Positions 48,401 to 57,090 of a stretch of 64,000 bases of DNA are shown here, one piece after another. Below the pieces are notes generated by a model that saw nothing but the letters and a program-made list of their open reading frames with translations, did not search any database and had not been told where the DNA came from. Each line of letters opens with the position of its first letter. Position 1 is the first letter of the stretch. Both the position numbers and the translations under genes were made by a program. The stretch comes from Candidatus Woesearchaeota archaeon (GTDB lineage: Archaea; Nanobdellota; Nanobdellia; UBA10117; ARS21), in NCBI GenBank assembly GCA_038128845.1, contig JAYPKL010000002.1, forward strand, positions 5,604-69,603, in the 5' to 3' direction.

Positions 48401-48714
48401 TAAGTTTTGCCTTGATGAGAGGGTATTCCACTAGAGATATATTGGATGAATGTTTTGCTGAGTGGAGAGATCATCCTATTTTGAGAAAAATAGAATCTGT
48501 ACTTAAAGGAGAACAAGAAAATAAAGTAATTCAGACTAAATTGGGTTCAACAGCGGATCAAAATATAACAATTGAAGAACCTGAAGAAGAAGATGCTATA
48601 AAGGCAATGGGCTATACGGGAGCAAAATGTAATGATTGTGGTGCAAGTATGATGCGACAAAATGGAGCATGCTTATTGTGTGATGTTTGTGGTGCAACTA
48701 CTGGTTGTTCATAA
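45439..48714 (+). CDS. nrdJ: Ribonucleotide reductase, class II (adenosylcobalamin-dependent)
   Basis: 1091 aa. Ten-stranded barrel region with active-site stretch [20 protein letters not shown] and C-terminal Zn-ribbon tail [22 protein letters not shown], typical of monomeric class II RNR. Confidence 0.85.
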   Translation: [1091 protein letters not shown]

Positions 48715-48716
48715 TT

Positions 48717-49256
48717 ATGTCAATTTCAACTAAGACTGGAGATTCTGGAAATACATCCTTGTTTGATGGTAGTAGAATAGGTAAAAATTCTACAAGTATT
48801 GAATCGGTTGGCACTTGTGATGAATTAAATTCTTTATTAGGTATAATTCAATCAAAGTATAAATTAGATAAATTAACTATACTTCAAAATGAATTATTTG
48901 TTGTTGGATCAGATATAGCAACACCTATGAACACAATTCATGAAGATAGAACAAAAAGAATAAAGCAAAGACACTTAGAACGAATTGAATCTGAAATATT
49001 AAATCTTGAAAATAAAATGGGTCCAATAACTAATTTTGTACTTCCTGGTGGACATAGCATTTCTGCAAAATTACAATATGCACGTACAATTTGTAGAAAA
49101 TTAGAAAGAAATGTAGTAAATCTTAGTCTAGAAAGGGATATTAATAAGATTTTAATCAAATATATAAATAGATTATCGGATTACATATTTTTGTTAGCAT
49201 TAGATATAAACAATGAATTTGGAGTTAAATCTGAGGATGTTAATTTTGAAATTTAA
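48717..49256 (+). CDS. PduO-type ATP:cob(I)alamin adenosyltransferase
   Basis: MSISTKTGDSGNTSLFDGSRIGKNSTSIESVGTCDELNS matches the PduO N-terminal signature (TGDxGxTSL ... DELNS). ATG at 48717 lies immediately after the nrdJ stop. Confidence 0.75.
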   Translation: MSISTKTGDSGNTSLFDGSRIGKNSTSIESVGTCDELNSLLGIIQSKYKLDKLTILQNELFVVGSDIATPMNTIHEDRTKRIKQRHLERIESEILNLENKMGPITNFVLPGGHSISAKLQYARTICRKLERNVVNLSLERDINKILIKYINRLSDYIFLLALDINNEFGVKSEDVNFEI

Positions 49257-49400
49257 AGGAAACTAATTAATCCTTTGTACAAATGTATTATCATAATGGT
49301 TTTTAATAAAATATTAATAATTGCTGAATCAAAACTAACATAAAGTAAAAAAAATGCAGCAAATAAGTCTGCCAATCCGAAGATTCTAACTAACATAAAA

Positions 49401-50849
49401 TTATTTTAAGTCTTTAATTTTTATTCTTTTCTGTATCATACTATCTCTATCTCTAATAGTTACAGTATTGTTTTCCATCGATTCGTAATCTATGGTTATA
49501 CAATTTTTTGTACCAATCTCGTCTTGTCTTCTATATCGCTTTCCAATCGAACCAGATATATCAAAAATTATATTAGAATCCTTTTTTCTCAAATTATTGA
49601 ATACTTCTTCTGCCTTTTCTAAAAGACCATCTTTTTTTTGTAAAGGAAATACTGCAAATTTGTACAATTGTAAACTTGAAGGTAATTTCAAAACAGTACG
49701 TGTATCGTTTTCAACTTCTTCTTCTACTAAAAATAAATCAATTAATGAATAAACAAGTCGATCTGTACCGAAAGCTAACTCCATTATATGCGGAATTTCA
49801 CCCTCTGCATCCAACTTTTTATTAGATTTATTTTGATGTTGAGTTAAATCATAATCTTTTCTATCGTGAATACCTGCTACCTCGATCCAAGATTGAGTTT
49901 TTGTTAATATCTCTAAATCCCATGCATCTTCTGCATAAAATGCCATTTCTGAAGGATTATGTTGTCTGAATCTTAATTTTTCTAATGGAATTTCAAATTC
50001 GGATATAATTTGATTTGCTAAGAACATAGCTTTTGCAAATGATCTGCTCTTAAATATACCTTTTTTTAGACATGTTTCAATTTTAATTAATTTTGCAGAT
50101 TTCTTTTCTTCTTGATCTTGATAACTAAACAATTTAATTTCTGAATTTAAAATGTCTTCAGATAATTCTATTTCTCTTTTTTGATTTTCTGTATAAAAAA
50201 TTTGAGCTTCTGCTTGAGTAAATTCTCTACCTCTCAATACACTATTTCTAGGAGAAATTTCATTTCTGAAGGCCTTACCTATTTGAAATACTCCGAAAGG
50301 TAATTTTTTTCTAAAAAATTCATAATATGATTTAAATGGCAGATAAGTCATCGTAGCAGTTTCTGGACGATTAAACGCTCTTCTATCAACTGAAACTTTA
50401 GTTTCCATCATTAAATCATGATCCAAAATTTCTTTTTTTAATTCTAGACCGTTTGGAGCTTTTATTTTTTTATCAGATATAAATTTCAAAAGTTCTTTTT
50501 TATTCATAGAACCGATATTGTAATTATCAGGTGAGTCTTTATTTCTAATTAAAAATTCTTCAATTAATTTATCAACTCGATAAACGTTGCCTTTTTCATC
50601 TTTGATAAGTGGATCTGTAAACTTTCCTAAATGACCTGATGCTTCCCAGACAATTTCTGGTGCAATTATTGGAGTTTCTACTTCAAGAATATTATTTTCA
50701 TTAAATTTTTTTCGTAATATAGACTCAACATTATTTTTTAATTTTTTTCCGTTTGGACCATATGTATATAAACCTGCAATACCGTCGTATATTTCTGGTT
50801 CAGGACCCCAAATAAATCCATTTTTCTTAAGATAGGCATGAATATCCAT
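49401..50849 (-). CDS. glyS: Glycyl-tRNA synthetase (archaeal/eukaryotic alpha2 type)
   Basis: N-terminus KKNGFIWGPEPEIYDGIAGLYTYGPNG parallels archaeal GlyRS. Class II motifs present. 482 aa, shorter than the ~570 aa typical. Confidence 0.8.
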   Translation of the reverse strand: MDIHAYLKKNGFIWGPEPEIYDGIAGLYTYGPNGKKLKNNVESILRKKFNENNILEVETPIIAPEIVWEASGHLGKFTDPLIKDEKGNVYRVDKLIEEFLIRNKDSPDNYNIGSMNKKELLKFISDKKIKAPNGLELKKEILDHDLMMETKVSVDRRAFNRPETATMTYLPFKSYYEFFRKKLPFGVFQIGKAFRNEISPRNSVLRGREFTQAEAQIFYTENQKREIELSEDILNSEIKLFSYQDQEEKKSAKLIKIETCLKKGIFKSRSFAKAMFLANQIISEFEIPLEKLRFRQHNPSEMAFYAEDAWDLEILTKTQSWIEVAGIHDRKDYDLTQHQNKSNKKLDAEGEIPHIMELAFGTDRLVYSLIDLFLVEEEVENDTRTVLKLPSSLQLYKFAVFPLQKKDGLLEKAEEVFNNLRKKDSNIIFDISGSIGKRYRRQDEIGTKNCITIDYESMENNTVTIRDRDSMIQKRIKIKDLK

Positions 50850-50923
50850 ATAATATGTTATTGATTAGATTATTAATACTTTCTTTACAAGAAAATTTAT
50901 ATATAATCAAATTAAAAATTAAT

Positions 50924-51310
50924 ATGGTGGAAATATTTGGTCCAATTATTATGACAATTATTATTGGCGCTATTGATTTATTTTTTATGGTAAAAGATTT
51001 ATCTGGAGATGCAAAATCCACAATCGGTCATGCTTTTGGTGCATTAATTCCAATAGGAATATTGAATGCAGTAGCATTTAATATGAGTTTACTTGAAGGA
51101 TTGGGAATCGGATTTCTATCAAATCAATATATAGTATTATTTTTACTTGCAATAATTGCTGCAATAATAGTTCATGCTAAATCTGCAGCATTTAAGGGAT
51201 CAAGAGGAGTTGGATCACATGAAACTTGGGCACATAGTTTCATTATTGGTATTTTAATTGCTGCCTCTCCGTTTATTTATCCTTTAATTGAAGTTTACTT
51301 ACCTTTCTAA
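50924..51310 (+). CDS. Small integral membrane protein
   Basis: 4 TM helices. ATG chosen at 50924 (MVEIFGP...). Confidence 0.3.
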   Translation: MVEIFGPIIMTIIIGAIDLFFMVKDLSGDAKSTIGHAFGALIPIGILNAVAFNMSLLEGLGIGFLSNQYIVLFLLAIIAAIIVHAKSAAFKGSRGVGSHETWAHSFIIGILIAASPFIYPLIEVYLPF

Positions 51311-51314
51311 TAAA

Positions 51315-51902
51315 ATGAAAATTCTAGAAGATATGAACATACCTTACTTGGTTAAAGATACATATTCAAATAAAGTAAAATTAGAAATTAATGAATCAGG
51401 ATTATTAATAACTGCAAATTTAAAAAATCAAGAATTTTTAGAAAATTTTATTTTAACTAAAAAATATTGGATAAAAAATAATTGGAAAAAATACGAATTA
51501 ACTATTGGAAAAAAAATATTTTTAGGAAAAGAAAATTCCGATTTAAATAATTTAAATGATGTTGAATTAAAAAAATTTTACAAAAAAGAAACTGAAAGAA
51601 TAGTAAAAGGTCTGGTAGAAATCTATAATGAAGGTAATAAATTTAAAATTAAAGATATACGTATAAAAAATCAAAAAACAAGATGGGGTTCATGCTCAAG
51701 TATCGGAAATTTAAATTTTAATTGGAAGCTATCTATGGCTCCATATGAGGTTATAGAATATGTAGTTATTCATGAATTATGTCATAGACTTCAGATGAAT
51801 CATTCTAATTTATTTTGGAATGAAGTTAAAAAACTTTGTCCGGATTATAAAAAACATTCAAATTGGTTAAAAGAAAATCACTTTAGACTGAATTTACTTT
51901 AA
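51315..51902 (+). CDS. YgjP/DUF45-family metal-dependent hydrolase (WLM/SprT-like HExxH)
   Basis: RWGSCSSIGNLNFNWKL ... VIHELCHRLQMNHSNLFW, the characteristic DUF45 signature. Confidence 0.55.
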   Translation: MKILEDMNIPYLVKDTYSNKVKLEINESGLLITANLKNQEFLENFILTKKYWIKNNWKKYELTIGKKIFLGKENSDLNNLNDVELKKFYKKETERIVKGLVEIYNEGNKFKIKDIRIKNQKTRWGSCSSIGNLNFNWKLSMAPYEVIEYVVIHELCHRLQMNHSNLFWNEVKKLCPDYKKHSNWLKENHFRLNLL

Positions 51903-52092
51903 TTACCCATTGCGTTATCAAATTTGGATCTAAGGAAGGTTTTGTTCTTTTTATATTATTATAATTGAAACTTTTTCTGCATATTCTACAAGATATTCTA
52001 GTTTTATTAGAAAAATTATTTGAAGATGAGGCAGTAGCTCTTTTACAATTGGGACAAATCCAGCCTATATATTCCATTATAATTTTTTCCAA
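51883..52092 (-). CDS. Small zinc-ribbon protein (69 aa)
   Basis: CPNC ... CRIC four-Cys ribbon. Confidence 0.35.
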   Translation of the reverse strand: MEKIIMEYIGWICPNCKRATASSSNNFSNKTRISCRICRKSFNYNNIKRTKPSLDPNLITQWVIKVNSV

Positions 52093-52544
52093 GAAATTTC
52101 AAAATAACTAATACCGTTTTCAGAATCTAAATATGCTAGTATTATATTCTTTTTTGTAGAGTTAGCTAATCTATTCATTGCAGAAAAATCTTTTTTTGAT
52201 ATTTTATCTTTAGTTATAACATTTAGCAACCATTTTGAATGTTCATTAAATTTATTTTTATCGTAAACCCTAAAATCTGATCCAAACTTTAATCCGCTCT
52301 TTAATATATATCCTTTTTTTCTTAAATCAGAATAAATTATGAATTTATTATAGATGTTTTTACTAAATTTTAATATAGCAGTGTCAAGAGAATAGTTTGT
52401 TTTTATTTTATTATTTGAAACTAAATATAGAAATTCTTCTGGCATTAAAACTAATTTTCCATACTCAATTATACCGAAGTTTTTTTGATGTAAATTTAAA
52501 TTATCGGTAATAACCTTATCTCTAAATACTTTAATTTCATCCAT
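52077..52544 (-). CDS. endA: tRNA-splicing endonuclease (EndA), short form
   Basis: YSDLRKKGYILKSGLKFGSDFRVYDK ... HSKWLLNV ... KNIILAYLDSENGISYFEISW matches the EndA catalytic domain (Y..LR..G..V..G.KFG.DF..Y, catalytic His-Lys region). Confidence 0.7.
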   Translation of the reverse strand: MDEIKVFRDKVITDNLNLHQKNFGIIEYGKLVLMPEEFLYLVSNNKIKTNYSLDTAILKFSKNIYNKFIIYSDLRKKGYILKSGLKFGSDFRVYDKNKFNEHSKWLLNVITKDKISKKDFSAMNRLANSTKKNIILAYLDSENGISYFEISWKKL

Positions 52545-52583
52545 AAAAAATTAGTTTTTTATAGCTTTAAAAATTATCTAAAT

Positions 52584-53492
52584 ATGAAAATACGTATATT
52601 AGGAACATCTTCTGCATTTCCTACAAAAGAAAGAAATCATTCTGCAAATATGATAAATTATTCGGGAGATAATTTATTATTTGATTGTGGAGAGGGAACT
52701 CAAAGACAAATTAGAATTGCTAAAGAGAATCCTCAAAAAATAAATGCAATATTCATTTCTCATTGGCATGGAGATCACAGTATGGGATTACCGGGATTAA
52801 TTCAAAGTATGGGTATGAATAGAAGAACAAAAAAATTATTATTTTTTGGTCCCAAGGGAAGTGAAAAAAAACTAAAAGCATTATTAGATGTTTTTGATTC
52901 CGATAAATTATCTTATAAAATTGAAGTTAATGAAATTGATCCAAAAGGAATAGAAACAATAATGGAAACATCTTCTTACAAAATTAATTGCATTAAACTA
53001 AATCATACAGTCGACTGTCTCGGATTTTCTTTCATTGAAAAAGATAAGATTCGAATTAATACAGATTATTTAAAATCAAGAAAAATTCCAATTGTACATC
53101 CTGAGTTAAAGGGTCTTTCTCAAGGAAAAGATATAGAAATAGATGGTAAAAAAATAGAATATAACAAATCAACATATACTGAAAAAGGTAAAAAAATAAC
53201 GATTATTTTAGACTCATCATATGATGAAAATTTAATTAAACTAGCAAAAGATTCAGATATTTTATTATGTGAGTCTACTTTTTCAAACAAAGTAAAGGAA
53301 TCTGCAAAAAAAGGAGGTCATATGACTTCCAAAGAAGCAGCAAAACTTGCTAAAATATCTGATTCAAAAAAATTAGTTTTAACTCATTTTTCACAAAGAT
53401 ATAAATCAACAGATGAGCTATATTCTGAAGCTAAATCCATATATAAAAATGAAATTATTATGGCTAAAGACTTTATGGAAATTAAAGTCTAA
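52584..53492 (+). CDS. rnz: Ribonuclease Z (tRNA 3' endonuclease)
   Basis: MKIRILGTSSAFPT and HWHGDHSMGLPGL (HxHxDH). 302 aa. Confidence 0.8.
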   Translation: MKIRILGTSSAFPTKERNHSANMINYSGDNLLFDCGEGTQRQIRIAKENPQKINAIFISHWHGDHSMGLPGLIQSMGMNRRTKKLLFFGPKGSEKKLKALLDVFDSDKLSYKIEVNEIDPKGIETIMETSSYKINCIKLNHTVDCLGFSFIEKDKIRINTDYLKSRKIPIVHPELKGLSQGKDIEIDGKKIEYNKSTYTEKGKKITIILDSSYDENLIKLAKDSDILLCESTFSNKVKESAKKGGHMTSKEAAKLAKISDSKKLVLTHFSQRYKSTDELYSEAKSIYKNEIIMAKDFMEIKV

Positions 53493-55711
53493 TCTTCTTC
53501 TAACCAATCTAAGAATCTATTCCAAAGAGATTTTTTATTTGAATTAGATTTTTTATTTGTTATTTTTTTTGTTTTTATTTTTTTATTTTCTGATTTTGAA
53601 TCTTCATCTAACCAATCTAAGAATCTATTCCAAAGAGATTTTGAATTTTTAGGAGTTTGTTCTTTTTCTAACCATTTGAAAAATCCATCTTTATAATTTT
53701 TAATTATATTTAATCTATTTTTATTAACTTTAGTTTTTGGTTTCTTTATTGTTTTTTTAATAACTTTATTTTTATTCTTCCAAGAGTTTATTTTTGAATA
53801 TATTTCTTTAAACTTATTTGATTTATTTTCTTTTTCATCTAACTCTTTTTCAAGTAAGTCTAAATCATATTTCCAATTTTTATTTAGCATATAAGTATAT
53901 CCAAATAATCCAATAATTAAAATCAAAAATACATACCAGAAATCAAGTAGTCTATTATTAATTCCAGATAAATAAGTTGATAATTTATTATAATATTCAT
54001 CCATTTGTGTAGTGGTATAATTAAATAATTGATAAAATGAATCCGATACATTATTATTTATAGTATTTATATTATTTTTAATTATAGATAGTCTTGATTC
54101 TTTTGTTTGAATTAATAAATTATTATTTGTTTCTTTTCCAAAGTCAGAATTAGAAACTAATTCAATAGCATATTCTTCATTAACTGAATCTCTTGGTACA
54201 GATATGAATAAAGATTCGGTGATTGATTGTTTAGAATTTAGCTCTATTTGTGCAGAAGATAAATCAGTGAATGAAATTGCATCTCCAAAAATGTCCAAGT
54301 TTAAATTTATGTTTCTTAAACCAGTGTTTGATATTTGGATTGGAATCATATTTGAAGATCCTGAAGTTAATTCAACAGAATTTCTTAATTCAATATCATA
54401 ATTATAACATGATTCAAATGGAAGTACACTTAATTTCATAGAATTTTCATGAACTTTCTCTGAATTTGGAAATGATGTAGAAAAATCAATATCATAAATT
54501 CCCGAACTTAAAGAGTCTGGTATTTTGATATCATAATTAAGTTCTTTTACGTTCTTTGAATTTAATAAAAACTCATTATTTTCTAATTTTAAAGTATCAA
54601 TTGAATTAACGTTTACTTTAACCCTTTCATCAAAAGAACCATCATTAGATATTGTTAATTTATTTGATATTTCGTCTCCTGGACAAACTTCAAAAAATTC
54701 TTTTTCAATAGTAGTACTTGATTGTCTACAATCTAATATATTTAGTAGTAAATTTACTTCTTCTTCTCTATTATTTGATTCTGAAGTTGCTTTTAATGAT
54801 ATTTGATATTCACCAACATCATCTAATTTTGGTAAAAATAATAAATTACCATTTGAATTTGAATTTGAATTTACAAATAAATTTTCTTTTGATAATGAAG
54901 CCCAATTTGGTTCACCCAAAAGTTCTAAATTATATTCATCATTTTCTGATCCAAAATTTTCTATAAAATATGGCACTGTTATTTCGGAATTACTACATGC
55001 GCTAATTAAATCTTCATCAACAGATAAATCAAAATTATAGCAATCAATTGAATTAACTCTTAAATTTGAATTTATTTCATTATTATTGTATTCTGATACA
55101 ATTTCAAAATCGTAAGTTCGAATTTTATCTGTTTTAAAAAATACATTAAATGAATTTGATTCTCCTGATTCTACAAATAAATTATTTTCTGAAAAAGATA
55201 TTTTATCTGAAAATTTATTATTGGAAAAAACAGAATAACTATTTGTCCAAATACCTTCATTTGTAATTAATCCATTAAAATCTGCTGTATCTCCAACACA
55301 AACAGTTCTTTCATAATTATCAAAAGTTAAAGAAGACGTATCACAATTATTTACATTTATATTTACATTTATTTTTTTACTTCTTTCATTATTTGAAGAA
55401 ACTATTATTTCTAATTCATAATTTCCTGGTTTAACATATTGATTTGGACTTACATAAATTTTTGATGATCCAATGGAATTTGAATCTAAACTAAATCCAT
55501 TTTGAGAAATAGAAGTAAAAGTTGCAGCGCTACCTGCAGTTGATAATGTAAATAAGTCTTGACTTCCGTAATTTAATAAATTCAAATTAATAACTTCAAA
55601 ATTACTTGGACATACAGAAACTGAACTTACATCAGTATCAATTTGATAGTCTGCGATTACTGGTGAAAATAATACTAATAATATTAATGAAAGATACTTT
55701 TTCATAAACAT
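53489..55711 (-). CDS. Large secreted surface protein with C-terminal TM anchor and repeated cytoplasmic tail
   Basis: 740 aa. Signal peptide, Asn/Ser-rich beta-rich ectodomain, TM helix (FWYVFLILIIGLFGYTY), then tail with two KSLWNRFLDWL(D/E)ED repeats. Confidence 0.5.
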   Translation of the reverse strand: MFMKKYLSLILLVLFSPVIADYQIDTDVSSVSVCPSNFEVINLNLLNYGSQDLFTLSTAGSAATFTSISQNGFSLDSNSIGSSKIYVSPNQYVKPGNYELEIIVSSNNERSKKINVNINVNNCDTSSLTFDNYERTVCVGDTADFNGLITNEGIWTNSYSVFSNNKFSDKISFSENNLFVESGESNSFNVFFKTDKIRTYDFEIVSEYNNNEINSNLRVNSIDCYNFDLSVDEDLISACSNSEITVPYFIENFGSENDEYNLELLGEPNWASLSKENLFVNSNSNSNGNLLFLPKLDDVGEYQISLKATSESNNREEEVNLLLNILDCRQSSTTIEKEFFEVCPGDEISNKLTISNDGSFDERVKVNVNSIDTLKLENNEFLLNSKNVKELNYDIKIPDSLSSGIYDIDFSTSFPNSEKVHENSMKLSVLPFESCYNYDIELRNSVELTSGSSNMIPIQISNTGLRNINLNLDIFGDAISFTDLSSAQIELNSKQSITESLFISVPRDSVNEEYAIELVSNSDFGKETNNNLLIQTKESRLSIIKNNINTINNNVSDSFYQLFNYTTTQMDEYYNKLSTYLSGINNRLLDFWYVFLILIIGLFGYTYMLNKNWKYDLDLLEKELDEKENKSNKFKEIYSKINSWKNKNKVIKKTIKKPKTKVNKNRLNIIKNYKDGFFKWLEKEQTPKNSKSLWNRFLDWLDEDSKSENKKIKTKKITNKKSNSNKKSLWNRFLDWLEED
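53493..53642 (-). repeat. Two near-identical 42-nt copies (1 mismatch) about 108 nt apart in the 3' end of the 740-aa gene
   Basis: tcttcttctaaccaatctaagaatctattccaaagagatttt at 53493-53534, and tcttcatctaaccaatctaagaatctattccaaagagatttt at 53601-53642. Confidence 0.8.
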
Positions 55712-55755
55712 GATTTAATAAAATCAGTATATAAAGATTTATGCTTTAAAATCTA

Positions 55756-55786
55756 TAAAAAAAGAAAAAAGAGGGGAAAACCCCTC
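55756..55786 (-). terminator. Intrinsic-terminator-like hairpin plus T-run after the 423-aa surface protein gene
   Basis: On the minus strand: GAGGGG-TTTT-CCCCTC stem-loop directly after the TAA, followed by TTTTTTCTTTTTT. Confidence 0.45.
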
Positions 55787-57058
55787 TTAGTAATATTTCT
55801 TTGAACTTTTTCTTCCTCTTGATGAGGTTGAAGTTGCTCTTGAAGTTGCTCTTGAAGTTGTTGGCATTAATCCTCTATTAGAAACTAATAGGTAAACAAC
55901 TAATAAACCTGCAACTAACCATCCTAATGATAAATCATCAAAACCGTTGTTGTTTCCTTGGTTTAATCTTGCTTCTAATAATGCTGCAACTTGTTCTTCA
56001 GTTAATGAAGCTGCTTGGTTTCTAGCTTCAACATTTACAGTTGTGCTAGATGAAACAGAAACATCTTCATTTGCTACTGCAACAGTAACTAATTCATTTC
56101 CGGATGCTCCGGAAGGAAGAGTTAATGTAAAGTATCTAACTAATTCTTCATCTTCTTCAACAGTGAAGTAATCTGAAGTAACTGTTTGACCAGCTACAGA
56201 TAATGAAACTAATACATTATCTTCATCAGTTTGACCATTGTTTAAGATTGTAACAGCTACATCAACAGTTTCACCTGCTGCTGCATTGCTTACTCTTAAA
56301 TCAGTAACAACTAAACTGTGTTCATCTCTTTCAACAGTAATACCGTAAGTTTCTTCGAATAAAGTTCCTTCATCAGAAGTTGCTACCACATAAATTTGGT
56401 ATGTTCCTTCATCTAAATCTTCTTCAACGTCGAATTCCATTGTTACTACTTCTTCTTCTTCAACACCTAAGTTAAAGTCACCAGTTTCTTGAATATCTGA
56501 AACTCTTAATCCATTTCCATCAATTAAGTAAGCTTCTAAACTTACGTCATTGTAGATTGTATTACCGTTTTCCAATTCTAATTCAAGAACTATAGTATCT
56601 CCCGGAGATACTTCATCTTCATAATCGTTATCAGCAACTAAATTTGCTTCTAATTCATCAACAGTTTCTGGATTAACTGTAATATCTACAGAAGATCCGT
56701 TTAAGCTAGTGTATACACCACTAGTAGCACCATTTGATACTGCAAAAGTCAATGTTGCTCCATTTGCAACAGTACCTGCAACGAAAGTAGCGCTTGCTAC
56801 ACCGTTACCACCCGCAGTAACTGGACTTAAACTAACTGTTTGTGTTTGAGTAGCTACACCTGTACCTGAAACTGTTAAATCTAAAGTTTCAGCAGTTGTT
56901 ACACCTGTATAGGTGAAAGAAACTGTAAAAGTATCATCGCCATTTTCAATAGCTGCAATACTTGGTGTGCTTACTTCAGTTGCAGCACTAACTGGTATCA
57001 TTAAAGTTAATAATACCAAAAATGCTGTCATTGTTTTTCTTACTAAATTTTCCATCAC
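55787..57058 (-). CDS. Thr/Val/Ala-rich secreted surface protein with C-terminal TM anchor
   Basis: 423 aa. Signal peptide, low-complexity T/V/S/G/A-rich body, TM helix (GWLVAGLLVVYLLV) and basic tail with TSRATSRATS repeat. Locally higher GC than surroundings. Confidence 0.5.
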   Translation of the reverse strand: MMENLVRKTMTAFLVLLTLMIPVSAATEVSTPSIAAIENGDDTFTVSFTYTGVTTAETLDLTVSGTGVATQTQTVSLSPVTAGGNGVASATFVAGTVANGATLTFAVSNGATSGVYTSLNGSSVDITVNPETVDELEANLVADNDYEDEVSPGDTIVLELELENGNTIYNDVSLEAYLIDGNGLRVSDIQETGDFNLGVEEEEVVTMEFDVEEDLDEGTYQIYVVATSDEGTLFEETYGITVERDEHSLVVTDLRVSNAAAGETVDVAVTILNNGQTDEDNVLVSLSVAGQTVTSDYFTVEEDEELVRYFTLTLPSGASGNELVTVAVANEDVSVSSSTTVNVEARNQAASLTEEQVAALLEARLNQGNNNGFDDLSLGWLVAGLLVVYLLVSNRGLMPTTSRATSRATSTSSRGRKSSKKYY

Positions 57059-57090
57059 GTTTCACCTCCGAAGTACTTCGGAACGGAGTA

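Noticed and set aside
54718-54966. Leu-rich plus-strand ORF antisense to the 740-aa surface protein gene
   Set aside because: Same reasoning: embedded antisense, low complexity.
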